Assembly (NCBI GenBank): GCA_050575255.1
Contig: JBNZDD010013678.1
Coordinates: 4,498,753 to 4,562,752 of the forward strand
Origin: Harriotta raleighana
Taxonomy: Eukaryota
Length of the DNA: 64,000 bases
Direction of reading: 5' to 3'
Shown: positions 1 to 12,700 of the stretch, piece by piece
How the letters are laid out: every line of letters begins with the position of its first letter
How positions within the stretch are numbered: position 1 is the stretch's first letter
Position numbers and translations under genes: made by a program
The notes under the pieces: generated by a model
Database searches by the model: none
Told to the model about the DNA's origin: nothing
Seen by the model: only the letters and a program-made list of their open reading frames with translations

Positions 1-149
1 AGTTAAACTGCTGATTTTATTTGAAATAAGATTTTTAGGATTTATTTTAGTAAGTGTTGATATGATAGGAATAAGCCTATATTGATAAAATATGGGTTTA
101 TTTTCAGTATGACTCATGATACATGAGCTGAGGGTGTAAAGGACAGGTT

Positions 150-272
150 AGTCTATTTATGGAGAAGGCAAAAGAAGGATATAGGAGGGAGCAAGGAGTG
201 GTAGAGACTCATGAGGTGTGTAAATACTTGACAAGGATTGAGTGGGACAAATGGCCTGTTTTCTCAGTTCTG
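150..272 (+). mobile_element. degenerate CR1-like LINE 3' UTR fragment
   Basis: Ends in gggacaaatggcctgttttctc, resembling the CR1 3' terminal motif; heavily decayed, boundaries approximate. Confidence 0.35.
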
Positions 273-416
273 AGAGAAAGAGCGGTTTTTGTAGCACTGA
301 TAACAACTTGAGGATAACACAATGAAGAAATCATGCGACACATTATACGTATCATAATGTCTCTAATTCACAGGTAAACTACAGGTAATGTCTCTAATTT
401 ACAGCAATAAACTTAC

Positions 417-716
417 TGATCGCACTCTTGCACTGTATAATATCAGATTGTAAGAATGATCCAATGCCAAAGCGATTTGTAGCTGCAACACGGAAGACGT
501 ATTCGGAGCCTTCAATTAATCTAGTGAATTTGAACATGGTCCTGGTAACAGATTCTGACACTGGAAGCCATCCTGGACGATGTGCATCGCGTTGTTCAAC
601 CACGTAGCCAGTGATGGTCGCTCCACCTTCTTTCTCTGGTGTGTCCCAGCTGATACTCACAGTGGTAGCATCAATCTCATCAAATCGAATTGGACCTGCT
701 GGACTCCCTGGTTTGT
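417..716 (-). CDS. TTN: titin exon (human ex349-equivalent), FN3 A157
   Basis: 300 nt, CAG|..|[21 protein letters not shown]. Confidence 0.95.
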
Positions 717-3700
717 CTGCAGAATACATTGATATACGTTTGTTAAGAATGGAAGAAATGCTAGACGGCTGAAAGACCACCTAGTTTGCCTTGCAACTTC
801 CTGGTGGTCGTATATGTCCCGAACTACCCGTGTACAATATCGCATAATGTTATTTCCTAAAAAAAACACGGTCTAATCTGCGTTTGAAGGAATGAACTTT
901 CCCCGCTTCAACCGTCTCTCTCGGGAGCCTGTTCCACAGGTTTACGATTCGAAAAAAATGCATTATTGAATATTGAAAAAATTATACAAGCAAAGGATGG
1001 CACCGAGGGTGGAAGGCCGAAATTGTGTTTTCTGTCAGCGAGGTGCTGGAGAGAAATTCTTACCAAGAATGATCACTTTGATTGAATCACAAGCGGTTCC
1101 AGTAACGTTTTTCAGCTCGAGCATGTAGTCACCGGTGTCGTCGATAGTGGTTTCACGCACGGTAAGCTTCACTACTTTAGCTGCTTTTTCCATCTTGATC
1201 CGATCGCCCTCTCTCATTTTGTCTCCAGCAAAGTACCAGGAAGCCACGGGGGTTGGACGTCCACCAATCGGAATAACCAGTTCAATGGGCTTGCCAGCAT
1301 GCACTGACATGGTTTTTTGAGTGAAGCCTGTTAAATCTATTGTTGGCACCACTGTTAAAGAAAATAAATAAGAGTTAACATTAGTTATGGGTTGAACCTA
1401 ATCCATTCTTCCTAGTACTGAATAGTTTTGTCAGCTACCATTTACACAACAAATACATTCCGAAGATATACATACCTCTTTGTTCCACTATAGTGACAGG
1501 AGTCACAAGCTCTCTGGCTTCACTCATTCCCTTGACATTTAGGCAGCGGACTCGGAAGAGATATTGCTCGTTCTCATTTAGAGCCGTGACGGTATGCTCG
1601 AAGACCATATGTTTAACAGTTGCAACTTTCATCCATCTTTCTGTACCGGCCTTGCACGCTTCAATGACATAACCAGTCAATCTAGTGCCTCCATCATGTA
1701 GGGGCTTCTCCCAGGCTAGTGTAACTGAGGACTTGCTGACATCAACCACTTCTAGTTTCTGTGGAATCATTGGAACTTCAGACACAAGCACAGCATCTGC
1801 TGTTTCACATGGTTCACCAACTCCATAGATATTCTCTGGCAAGACTCTGAAATAGTACAAGCTTCCTTCTTGGAGCCCGGTTATTCTGCAAATTGTCTTG
1901 CTGCACTTAATTGTCACAGTCTTGAATGCTCTCATAGCTGCCTCACGTTTCTCAATGATATAGTTGTTGATAGGTGCTCCACCGTCGATTAATGGCACTT
2001 CCCAAGTTATAACGACCGATTCCTTTGTGACTTCCTTAATCTTAACCACACCAGGTGGGCCAGGTGTATCTGAAAACAAAACAATGTATTTCATATATTA
2101 AATGTTTCGAAATGTTCAGCAGAAACTGACCTATAAAAGCACTTAATTGTAATGGTATGGAGCAAAAAGCAGGGACAATATGATATGCTTTTAAGAGGTT
2201 TTGAAGACACAGAGAGAGGAGACAAAACAAAGAGATTCTGTATATCATTAATAATAAACCTTGCACTGGATATAGCATCTTATTATGTCTTCGAGACGTC
2301 TCAAAGGTTTCACAGAATATACGGTGAAGGGAGTTGACTGTATATTTTATTATTAGTTTCAAAAGGCAGGGCATAGAGTAATGGCTAAGGTCTCCACCAC
2401 CAATGGTGGGAGGGAGGAAGAGAAGAATTGAAAAATCTAAATTAAAATACATACCATATACTTTGACAACGATAGTTGCAGCTTTCTTGCCAGATGGGTT
2501 TTCAGCCTCAATGGTGTATTTTCCTGCGTCATAACGATTCACTTTCTCGATTATTAGCAGAGAGTGAGAATTGGTTGTATCAATAAAACCACGGCTCACG
2601 AGGTCAACGCCAGGCTTTCTCCAGTTTATTACTGGAGCTGGTCTTCCAGTTACAGAGACCATTAAGCGGAGAGAGCCACCGGCTCTAACAGTGACAGTTT
2701 TCTTCAGATCATCATCAAGCTCAAGATCTGGGATTTCTGGAATGAATGGAATGCCATTAGCATGACCAAGACTGAAAACAACAATAGTAACTCTTAAAAA
2801 AAATTGTTTTATTAGATGTTGTCCAAAAGTAACAGCATGCAAGAGTTTTAGGGATATCTGGTGTGATTCTAACAATTCATCCAAGTAAATTCACACGCAA
2901 TACAATTTTGATTATAATAATAAGTATGCATGTTGAGATTCACAAAGAAATCTACAGTTAGCTATTCCAAGATATGTCACGACCAACTCTATTGCATGTA
3001 CATTTGAAATTGATGTTTGAATAGATTTGCAGAGACGTAATCGCAATTCACTATTTAGACACATCTACGCCTTTGCAAAATCTTGTATCGTAATGCTGGT
3101 GATGTCCAGGCAGAAAGGAGTAAAGTATTGAATACCCATGTGATTCTGTTTTCAAATCCATGTCACTTACCTATCCTTTCTACTGATTCGATTTCAGCAG
3201 ATGATTCACTGAAATCACTTATTCCGTTGATATTGACAGAAGCGACCCTGAAATAGTACTTCTTGCCAGTTACTAGAGTTGTAACTGTGTACTCGGTGTT
3301 CCTCAAGGAAGAAGTCGTGTGTGCTCTGTACCACTGCTCTGTACTTTCCTCTTTCATTTCAAGAACATAGCCGATGATATCAGAACCGCCATCATACATG
3401 GGTCTTGTCCATGCTAGGCTAATGCTGTGACGGGTTGTGTCCACAACTCTTGGTGCGGAAGGTGATCCAGGTGTGTCTATTCATGAATAGAAATACATTA
3501 GGTTCAGGAGCATACGTAAAGATAGTGATCAAAAAAAGTTTCAGTCGTGAAAATTCAGAAACGTTTGTGTGTTGTAAAAGCACAACTTACATGAAGGTTC
3601 TTTGCAAAGGATGCTCTGTGACGATTCACTTGGTTCACTGTTGCCAGCTGCGTTCACCGCTGTAACACGGAATTGATACTCGCAATTCTCCATTAAACCT

Positions 3701-6700
3701 GTCACTTTGAGTCTGGTGTCATAAACAGAATATTCTTTGTTGACCCGTGTCCAGCGCACACTTCGTTTTTCACGTTTATCGACCAGGTAGTTTGTAATTT
3801 CAGCTCCGCCATCAGTTTCGCACTTCATCCATTGGATGATGATATGTTCTTTACCAACTGCAACAAGCAGCGGTTCCCCAGGCTGTGATGGAACAGCTGT
3901 TTAAACAATACAAGTGCATTAGCTTTCAGTAATACCTTTAATAATAAACGTTGTCGAGACATTTCAAAGCACTTCATAGGCTATACTTTAATTTGATTGA
4001 CCATGTGTTTTGCAAGCAATATGGGGCAAAGTGTTGCACACAGCAATGTCCCACCAACAGCCAGGGGATTATGGCAGGACACTGGGAGAAACTCAATTCT
4101 CTTTTCAAATGGTGCCAAGGGATCTTTAACATCTACGTGTACAGGCAGACTGAACTACGGTTTAATGTCTCACCAAAAGGATGACAATGCAGCCTAACCT
4201 CGGCAATGCATTGGCGTGTCACCTTAGATTGTGCCAGGCTGACACACAAGTTGATGCAACTGTGGTAGGGTGATTAATAACATTTAAAGAAAAAAATCAC
4301 ATGGGCACTTACTGAATAGATTTCTGGCCACTACAAGTCCAGACTCCAGCGGTACACCAGGTCCATATTTGTTGACTGGTCTTACTCTGAAAATGTATTC
4401 ATTGTTCTTTATAAATCTCGTAGCTACGGTGGACAGAGTGTGGCACTCGGGTTCAACAATTGTCCAATTAAGTCTGCTGGTCTCACGTCGCTCCACAATA
4501 AAGTGTGTAATCTCGGCTCCACCATCTTCTAATGGCATATTCCATGACAAGGTGCACTTTTCCTCAGTTACTCTGCTGATGCTGATTGATCCTTCACACG
4601 GCCCTGGTGAATCTATACAGATCATGGAGCACAAAGTTCAGATACCCATATAACTTCTTCATAAATTTATACCTTGATTATTTGCTCAAAAAAACACAGA
4701 TTGCCTCTTGTGATAGAAAACTTACCGAGCACTTTAACATTTACAGATACGGTCTTAATTCCACTTGGATTTCTCACTGTTATTGTGTATCTTCCAGTGT
4801 CACTTCTGTCGCAAAACTTAATGATGGCGATGGCCCGTTTGTTAGTGTACTGCAGAGAAATCTTTTCACAAAGCTCCAGTTCTTTGTCTCCCTTAGACCA
4901 GAAGACCTTAGGGTCAGGTTTCCCACCAACAAAAGCATCAAGCACAAGATCTGAGTCAGCTCTTATGGTTACCACTTCTCCAAGTAGTCTGCTGTGTAGT
5001 TCAGCCTTTGGTGGTACTGGAAATATAAATAAACAAGTGCATAAGGGACTTTCGAAAGTGACTTTGTAGTGTTAATAAGAAATTCAAGTCTGCCTTTATA
5101 TTCAATGGCTATTGACAATAAAATTGTAGATGATTGAATTGTACATTATTTAAACATACCATATTCATCTCTGCAAGTGACTGGTCCAGTGGATTCAGAT
5201 GGTGTACTGATGACTCCACTTGCATTCTTAGCTAAAATACGGAATTCATAAACCTCTGATTCACTGAGCCCTGACACTGTGTAGAAGGTATCTGTGATAG
5301 AAGTGTAGTTGCACTTCAGCCAGCGACCTTCTCCAGTCTCAGAATATGGCTTACGCTCCACAATATAGCCAATAATCTTGCTTCCACCATCGTTTAGTGG
5401 CACTGTCCATTTCAACGAAACAGAAGAATTGTCAACATCTGTAACTTCAGGTCGACCTGGAGGATCTGTTAAAAAATTGTAAACAGAAGGAAATATTATT
5501 CTCAGTTGAATTCTCTATTATTCTCCCATTAGCTATAGATTTAGAAAAGTGCAATTACTTCACGTATGCATTAGTTCTTATTTTAAGCATGCACTTACCA
5601 ACAGGATTTTGAGCCATTTGTGGTCTGGATGCTTCACTGGCTTTGCTTAAGCCAGCATTATTCATGGCATAGGTTCTGAACTGGTACTCCAGATCTTCTA
5701 CCAGGGTGGATATTTTGTAGTGACACTCAATGCATGGTATTTTGTTTTCTTTCACCCACAGAATGCTGTTACGTTCCTTCTTTTCAATCCAATAGCCAGT
5801 GACTTTGCTACCACCATCATGGTATGGTTCTTCCCATCGAATGGACATGGCAGTCGAAGATACGAAGTAGACTTCTGGCCTAGTTGGTGCACTTGGTGGA
5901 ACTGTAGTTTGTACAAAAAAGGAATCATTCTTAATTTTTAATCCATTCTAAAGCATGCGACTAAACATTTATTGCATATTTCAATTCAAAAGGCAATTTT
6001 TTTTTAATACAACTTACCATATGGATGTTCAGCAACTACAGGAGCTGATTCTAATGGTTTGCTGACACCAAATCTGTTCTCTGCAGAGACACGGAAGTTG
6101 TACTCCATGTATTTCGTCAAATGGGTGACTTTAATTTGAGTGCGTTTCACACTGGAGTTGACCAGCTGCCAGATTGTGGTACCCGATTCACGTTTTTCTA
6201 CAATATAGTTGGTGATTTCAGTGCCACCATCATCTTCAGTCTCTTGCCATGACAATACGCAGGACTCGGCAGAAACAGACGAGATTTCTATGGGGCCTGT
6301 AACAGAACCTGGTCGGCCAATAACATTAACAGTCACGGCAAAGGTCTTGACTCCTGCTGTGTTTTCCAGAGTTAAGTAATATTTGCCAGAGTCGCCTCTC
6401 ATACTTTCCTTCATGCTCAGAGTGGTCCTCTCTTTTGTTGTCTTGATGCTGACTCTATCACTTTCTTTAAGTCTCATCTCCTCGAGTTTCCAAGTTACTT
6501 TGGGTGTTGGGCGTCCACTGATAGGAATGTCGATGGTAAAGGGACTTCCGGTTTTGCAAGTGATTATTTGATTGGTGATTCCGGTGAGATCTGCTGTAGG
6601 CTCTATCTGTGGTTCTTTAATAAGAACAGATGAAAAGGCCTCCCTTGGCTCACTGTAACCGGCATCATTCTTGGCCTGGATACGGAATTCATACTCTGTG

Positions 6701-9700
6701 TTTTCTACCAGTCCATCAATTGTAATATGAAGGAGTTTAGTTTTACCAGCTTCAACCCAGTGATCGGCACCCTTTTGCTTCATCTGTAGCATGTAGCCAG
6801 TAATTCGACTTCCACCGTCGTGCTCTGGTTTCATCCAGGCCAAGTCGGCCGAGGTCTTGCCAGTATCAACAATATCCAGTCTCTTCGGTGGTGCCGGCTC
6901 CTCTGTGGCAATGATAGGCTCTGCCATTTCATAAGGCTCACCAACGCCGTATTCATTCACTGCCATGACACGGAAATAGTATTGCACCCCTTCGGCAAGG
7001 TCTCCTACCTTCAGGATTTGTCGAGCGCACTTGCCACTGATTTCTTGCCAGCTACGCCGGCTGGCTTCGTGCTTCTCTACAACATAGTGTCGAACCCGTG
7101 AACCTCCGTCAGTAACGGGAGCATCCCACATCAACGTCACTGATCCTCTTGTCACTTCTTTGAAGGTAATTGGGCCTGGAGCTCCAGGAGTGTCTAGTAC
7201 CTTGACAGTGAATGTAATGGATTTGCTGCCGCTATTGTTTTCCAAACTAAGTGTGTATTTTCCAGCATCATACCTGTTGCAGTTCTCTATGGTTAAGACG
7301 CTGCATGTGTCAGTTGTGTTAATGTGAGCGTGCACCCCGATGGATGAATCGGCCTTGGACCAAGTAACAACAGGAACTGGTTTGCCTTGGAAGGCGATGG
7401 TGAGTTGAACTGTGCCTCCAGCTTTGACAATGTGGATTTGCTTGAAACTAGCATCAATATCAATTTCAGGTGACGTTAACCTATCTACAGTTTGTACCCC
7501 GGCTGCAACTTCGCAGGTATCTCCTTTGCCGGCACCATTGACAGCACAGACCCGGAATTTGTACTCTTCCCCAGCTTCCAACTCGGTAACTGTGTACTTA
7601 GTGTTGACACACGCCTCTGCGTTCACCTTTTTCCAAGTGCCAAGAGCGGTTTTGCACATCTCAATGATGTACCCAATGATCCCCATACCCCCGTCAAACA
7701 CGGGCACGGTCCATTCCAAGCTAACGGATGTCTTTGTTGTGTCTGTGACTCTGACAATTGTAGGTGCGCCTGGTGGATTAACTGGTTCTCTGCATTTAAC
7801 AAGTCTTGAGATATCGCTTGGGGTTCCACATCCAGCATCATTTTCAGCTGTGACACGGAACTCATACTCATTCCCTTCAGTCAGTCCAGTTGATCTAAAC
7901 CTGGTTTCTGTGATCTCTCTCTTGCTGAACACTTTGACCCACCGCATGCTCTTTTTCTCACGACGTTCAAGGATGTATTGTTTGATTTCATTTCCTCCGT
8001 CAATTCGTGGTCTGGTCCAAGTCACTGTGATACTGTCTCCTGTTACATTGGTTGGTTCTGGAGTGCCTGGGGCATCAGGTGTAGCTATGAAAATAGAAAC
8101 ATTAATGAATTAGGCTTGAATTAGGCGAAAAAGTGGGAGGGGATGGTGGAGAAATAATCCATGTCAAATTGTAAGAAAATAAAACGTACTGTATTGTATC
8201 TGTGCAATAACGGATTCAGAATCCAATGGTCTTCCAACTCCAAATTTGTTGACACAGGATATACGGAACTGGTACTCATTGCCCCTGATTAGTTTGATAA
8301 CTGAGAATGAGCAGGCTTCACATTTATCACAGACCATTGCCCAAGCAATTCGGCTTGTCTCTCGTTTTTCAATCACATAGTGGGTAATTGCAGCACAGCC
8401 GTCGTTTTCTGGGGGATCCCACCACAAGCTGAGTTTTTCTCCAGTAATATTGCTGAATCGGATAGGTCCAACTGGTTGACCTGGGGTGTCTGAAATCAAA
8501 TCAAACTTGTGAATCATCCAATTTAGTTGAGCAGTGTCTAAGATATCCTACATCATGCATTGTCACATATCATCATCATCAACACATTTTGAAGCATATC
8601 ACAGGATTTTATCGTAGGATTAAGTGATTTTATTTGCAGGCGAACGTTATAATAATAATAATCCTTGCATTTCATTTAACGCCTTATCACGTCTTGAGAT
8701 GTCGCAAAACGCTTCATCAAACATATTATAAAGTAAATTACAATATAATAATCATTGCATTTAATATGTTGCTTTTCACGCCTTCCGGACGTCTCAAAGC
8801 ACCTCACAGAATGTATCGTGAAGTGAATTGACTGTATATTTGTCGGCGAAACGCGGCAGCCAATTGCGCACAGCAGAGACCCACAAACAGTCGTGGATTG
8901 AAATGATCAATTTTATTATTGTGGAATTGACGAAATATATTGTAAAGTGTGTGCGTGAAATGTGACAGCCAACTTGTACTACACCATGTCCCACAAACAG
9001 GCATGAGGTGAATGATCAATATAAGTAGGGCATTTTACCAGTACATCAGAAACTAACTCCGTTCTCTTTCTCAAATAGTGCCTTGGGATTGTTAACTAGA
9101 CTACGAGCTCAAAGTCCCAATATGAGGCCTGAACCCACAACCTGTTGACAGAGCTGAGAGTGCTACCAACTGAGCCAGGCTGACACGTTATCATATTCAT
9201 GTAATAGATTGATAATAACAGCAGATATGAAAGTCAAATTCCTCCAAATACCTTGAACTCTGACATTAATGTCAGCCTTCTTGCTGCCAGATGCATTCTT
9301 GGCTTCCACAGAGTATATACCACGATGATCCCGTGTGGCATCTCTGACGAAGACACTGCTAGATCCAATAACATTAGTGATTTCTACCATCAACCTCTTG
9401 TCAATTTCTTTCCCATCTTTGAACCAGGTAACCTGGGGTAATGGACGGCCTTTGATATGGACCTTCAGTCGAATTGCCTCACCCGATTTTACGGTCAGGC
9501 CTTCAAAGTGCTCAGCACCAAATTCAATCGTTGGCAGTACTGCAAAGAAGAAGTTGAATAAGTTACTGGTATATGAACAAAACAATGCCAAGAAATGATT
9601 GTTTACAGAAATACTCTATGGCAGGCATGTTGTATCATTTTTATTTTGTTTTGTTTTAGTACTTACTGCTCTCATCTCTGGTCATGATGTATCCAGACGA

Positions 9701-12700
9701 CTGAGAAGGTGGGCTGATTGTTCCGACTGCGTTTCTCGCGATTATACGGAATTCATATCGGTCGCCAGGGCTAAGGCCTGAGACAGTATATTGACACTCA
9801 GAAATATCCACAAAATTGCACCGAAGCCAACGTCCGCTTGCTTGCCGCTTTTCAACACTATAGGCCACAATTTTGCTTCCGCCATCACGTAGTGGGGGAT
9901 CCCACTTGAGTGTTACAGTATCCCTTGTGAGATCGATATAGTCAGGTGTACCAGGTGGATCTGTACAAATGAATAGGCATTATTAATTTTGTCATGTTTT
10001 GGTAAAATTAGAATTCAAGATGAGGATTTTTTTCCAATGTTATAATTTGCAGGAATCGATTACTTACCAACTGGTGAGACAGCCAGATGTATTTTACTCA
10101 ATTCACTAACTGGACTTAACCCAACACTATTTTCAGCAAAAACACGGAACTGGTAATCCAGACCCTCGACGAGTCCTATAATTCTATAATCTCGGCCAGA
10201 AATGTACGCAGTATTGACCTTCTGCCACAAGATGCTGTTCCTCTCTTTCTTCTCAACATGATACCCAATAAGTTCAGAACCACCGTCGTACACTGGTGCA
10301 TCCCATGTGATTGTCATACCATCGCAGGTAATATTGTACACAACAGGTTTGCCAGGAGGACCTGGAGGTCTGAACTGGTGTTTTGCGATAATATCCATTG
10401 AATTAAGGGGTGCACTTATTCCATATCTGTTTTCAGCTCGGATTCTGAGCTGGTACTCCAAGTCTTTGACTAGGTTTGGAACCTTAAACGTTGTTCTGAC
10501 GACACTGGAGCAAACCATTTTCCAGGTGGTTTGCGAGGTTTCACGCTTCTCAACGCTGTAGCAAGTGATCTCACTTCCTCCATCATCATCAGGGACATCC
10601 CAGGAAATGATGACACTGTCTGCCTTCACTTCATCAAATTTCACCGGTCCCTTCGGCTTGGATGGAGGACCCAGAGTAATAACAATGATGGCAAATGTCT
10701 TTCTGGAAACATTATTGTCCAAGACGATGGTGTATTTCCCACCGTGTTCTTTCTTGACATTCTTGATATTTAGAGTAGCTTTGGTTTCTGTTTTCTTGTA
10801 GCGAATAAACTCAGTTTCTTTGAGCGGAATATTATCTTTCAGCCATTGGATACTCGGACGTGGTTTACCCTTATAGGGCAGTTCAATGTGGACATTGTGT
10901 CCAATTCTGACACTAATCTGTCCTCCTGGAATATCAGATAAATCTGCTTCAGGTGTGATAACATAATCTTTCACTGTAATGGGTCCAATTGTAACACTGT
11001 CACTTAATCCTTTTTCGTTTTTAGCGAACACTTGGAAATCCATGATTGTTAGTTCCTTCAATTTAGTGACTTCAAATTCGCAAACTTTGCAAATTCCTGC
11101 ACTGGACCATTCTTTCTCGTCTTTCAGTTTCTTTTCGATGATGTACTCTGAAATGATACTTCCTCCGTCATAATCAGGTTTGCTCCATTGCAACATGACA
11201 GACGTCTTTGTGGAATCCTTCATTGCGATGTCTTTGACAGGGCCAGGCACTTCAGTGGCTTTCACTGGTTCCGTTGTCTCACATGGGACACCCAAACCGG
11301 TCTCGTTCTCCGCCAGCACTCGGAAGAAGAAAGAAGTTTTTTCTGACAGGTTGGTAACCTTGAACATGGTTGCACAGCATTTGGTAGTGACACTAGTCCA
11401 GGCTCTCTTTGTTGCATCTCTTTTCTCGATGACATAATTACTAACTTGAGAACCTCCGTTAACAAGAGGAGGGTCCCAGATTAATGTGATGGTGCTTCGG
11501 GTCACATGCTTGATCTGTATGTTCTGACAAGGCCCAGGAGTGTCAAGGACCTTTACCGTCACAAACGTCGATTTGGCTTCACCAACACCATTTTCAATTG
11601 TCAAAACATATTTGCCCGAATCTTCACGATGGACCTGAGGAATGGTCAGGAACGTGGTTGACTCAGTGTTGTGGATGATGTATTTCTCATCACCATTGAT
11701 CAGTTTCTCACCCTTCCTCCATGTGACATTTGGAGTAGGACGTCCTTTGAAGGGTATCATGATCTCCACGTCTTCACCTGCTTTTGCTGTTATTGAACTT
11801 CTCAGCACAACGTCAAGGTCGATCTCTGGCCCTTCTGCAATAGTTAAAAGGAAACAAATGCATATATTTCAGGAAAGGAAATCCATTTTAAAGCCTTGTG
11901 TCTTTACAACACCTTGTCCCTTCTCCTCGTTCCCTCCCTTCAAGGCTGGTCTCAAGACCACCCTCTTCGACCGTGCTTTCTGCTGCCCTCCCAACTTTCT
12001 CCCACCCCTCCCTCTGCCCTGCACCCTCTTCCTTGCTCGGGTCCTGACTGTTCAGCGCCTCGGGATGTCCTCCCGACATGATTTAATGTAATTTTGTTGT
12101 AGTGTAAAATCAAAACATTTTGAAAAACCGTTGACTTACCAAGTATGTCCTTAGCTTGTACAGGTTCTATCATTTCAATTGGCTCTCCGTGGCCAGCAAT
12201 ATTGACGGCACTGACCCGGAAGTAATAGCTTTTACTAGGTTCCAAGTGGGCCACAACATATTCTGAAGTTCTGACTTCACCCTTTGAGCTGACCACTGTC
12301 CATTCCTCTTCCTCAGCTTCCTTCATTTCAACGACATAGCTCGTTATTGGGCTTCCTCCATTGTAGACAGGTTTAGTCCAGCTCAGAGTGATGGACGACT
12401 TAGTAGTGTCGACAATCTTCAGTTTGGTTGGTTCACCAGGTGGATCTGAGGAGTACAAACATATGCACATTTAATCAACTTTTAAAATACGCATTTGCTT
12501 ATGTTTAAATACAGGCTCGTCCTTAAACTTGAAATAAACTTTGAATTATCTATACATACCAATTGGATCGGCAGCTTTGTAGAAATCGGAGGTGTCAGAA
12601 GGTGGGCCAACTCCAGCTGCATTAATGGCATTCACACGGAATTGATACTCGTTCCCTTCTGTGAGGCCGGAGACCTTTTGCCTGGTGTCACGGATGGGCT

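Noticed and set aside
2042-2454. Stop-free read-through of the 385-nt intron (280-aa ORF)
   Set aside because: The intron is not 3n, the read-through peptide is partly SINE-derived and not domain-like, and it stops just inside the next exon.
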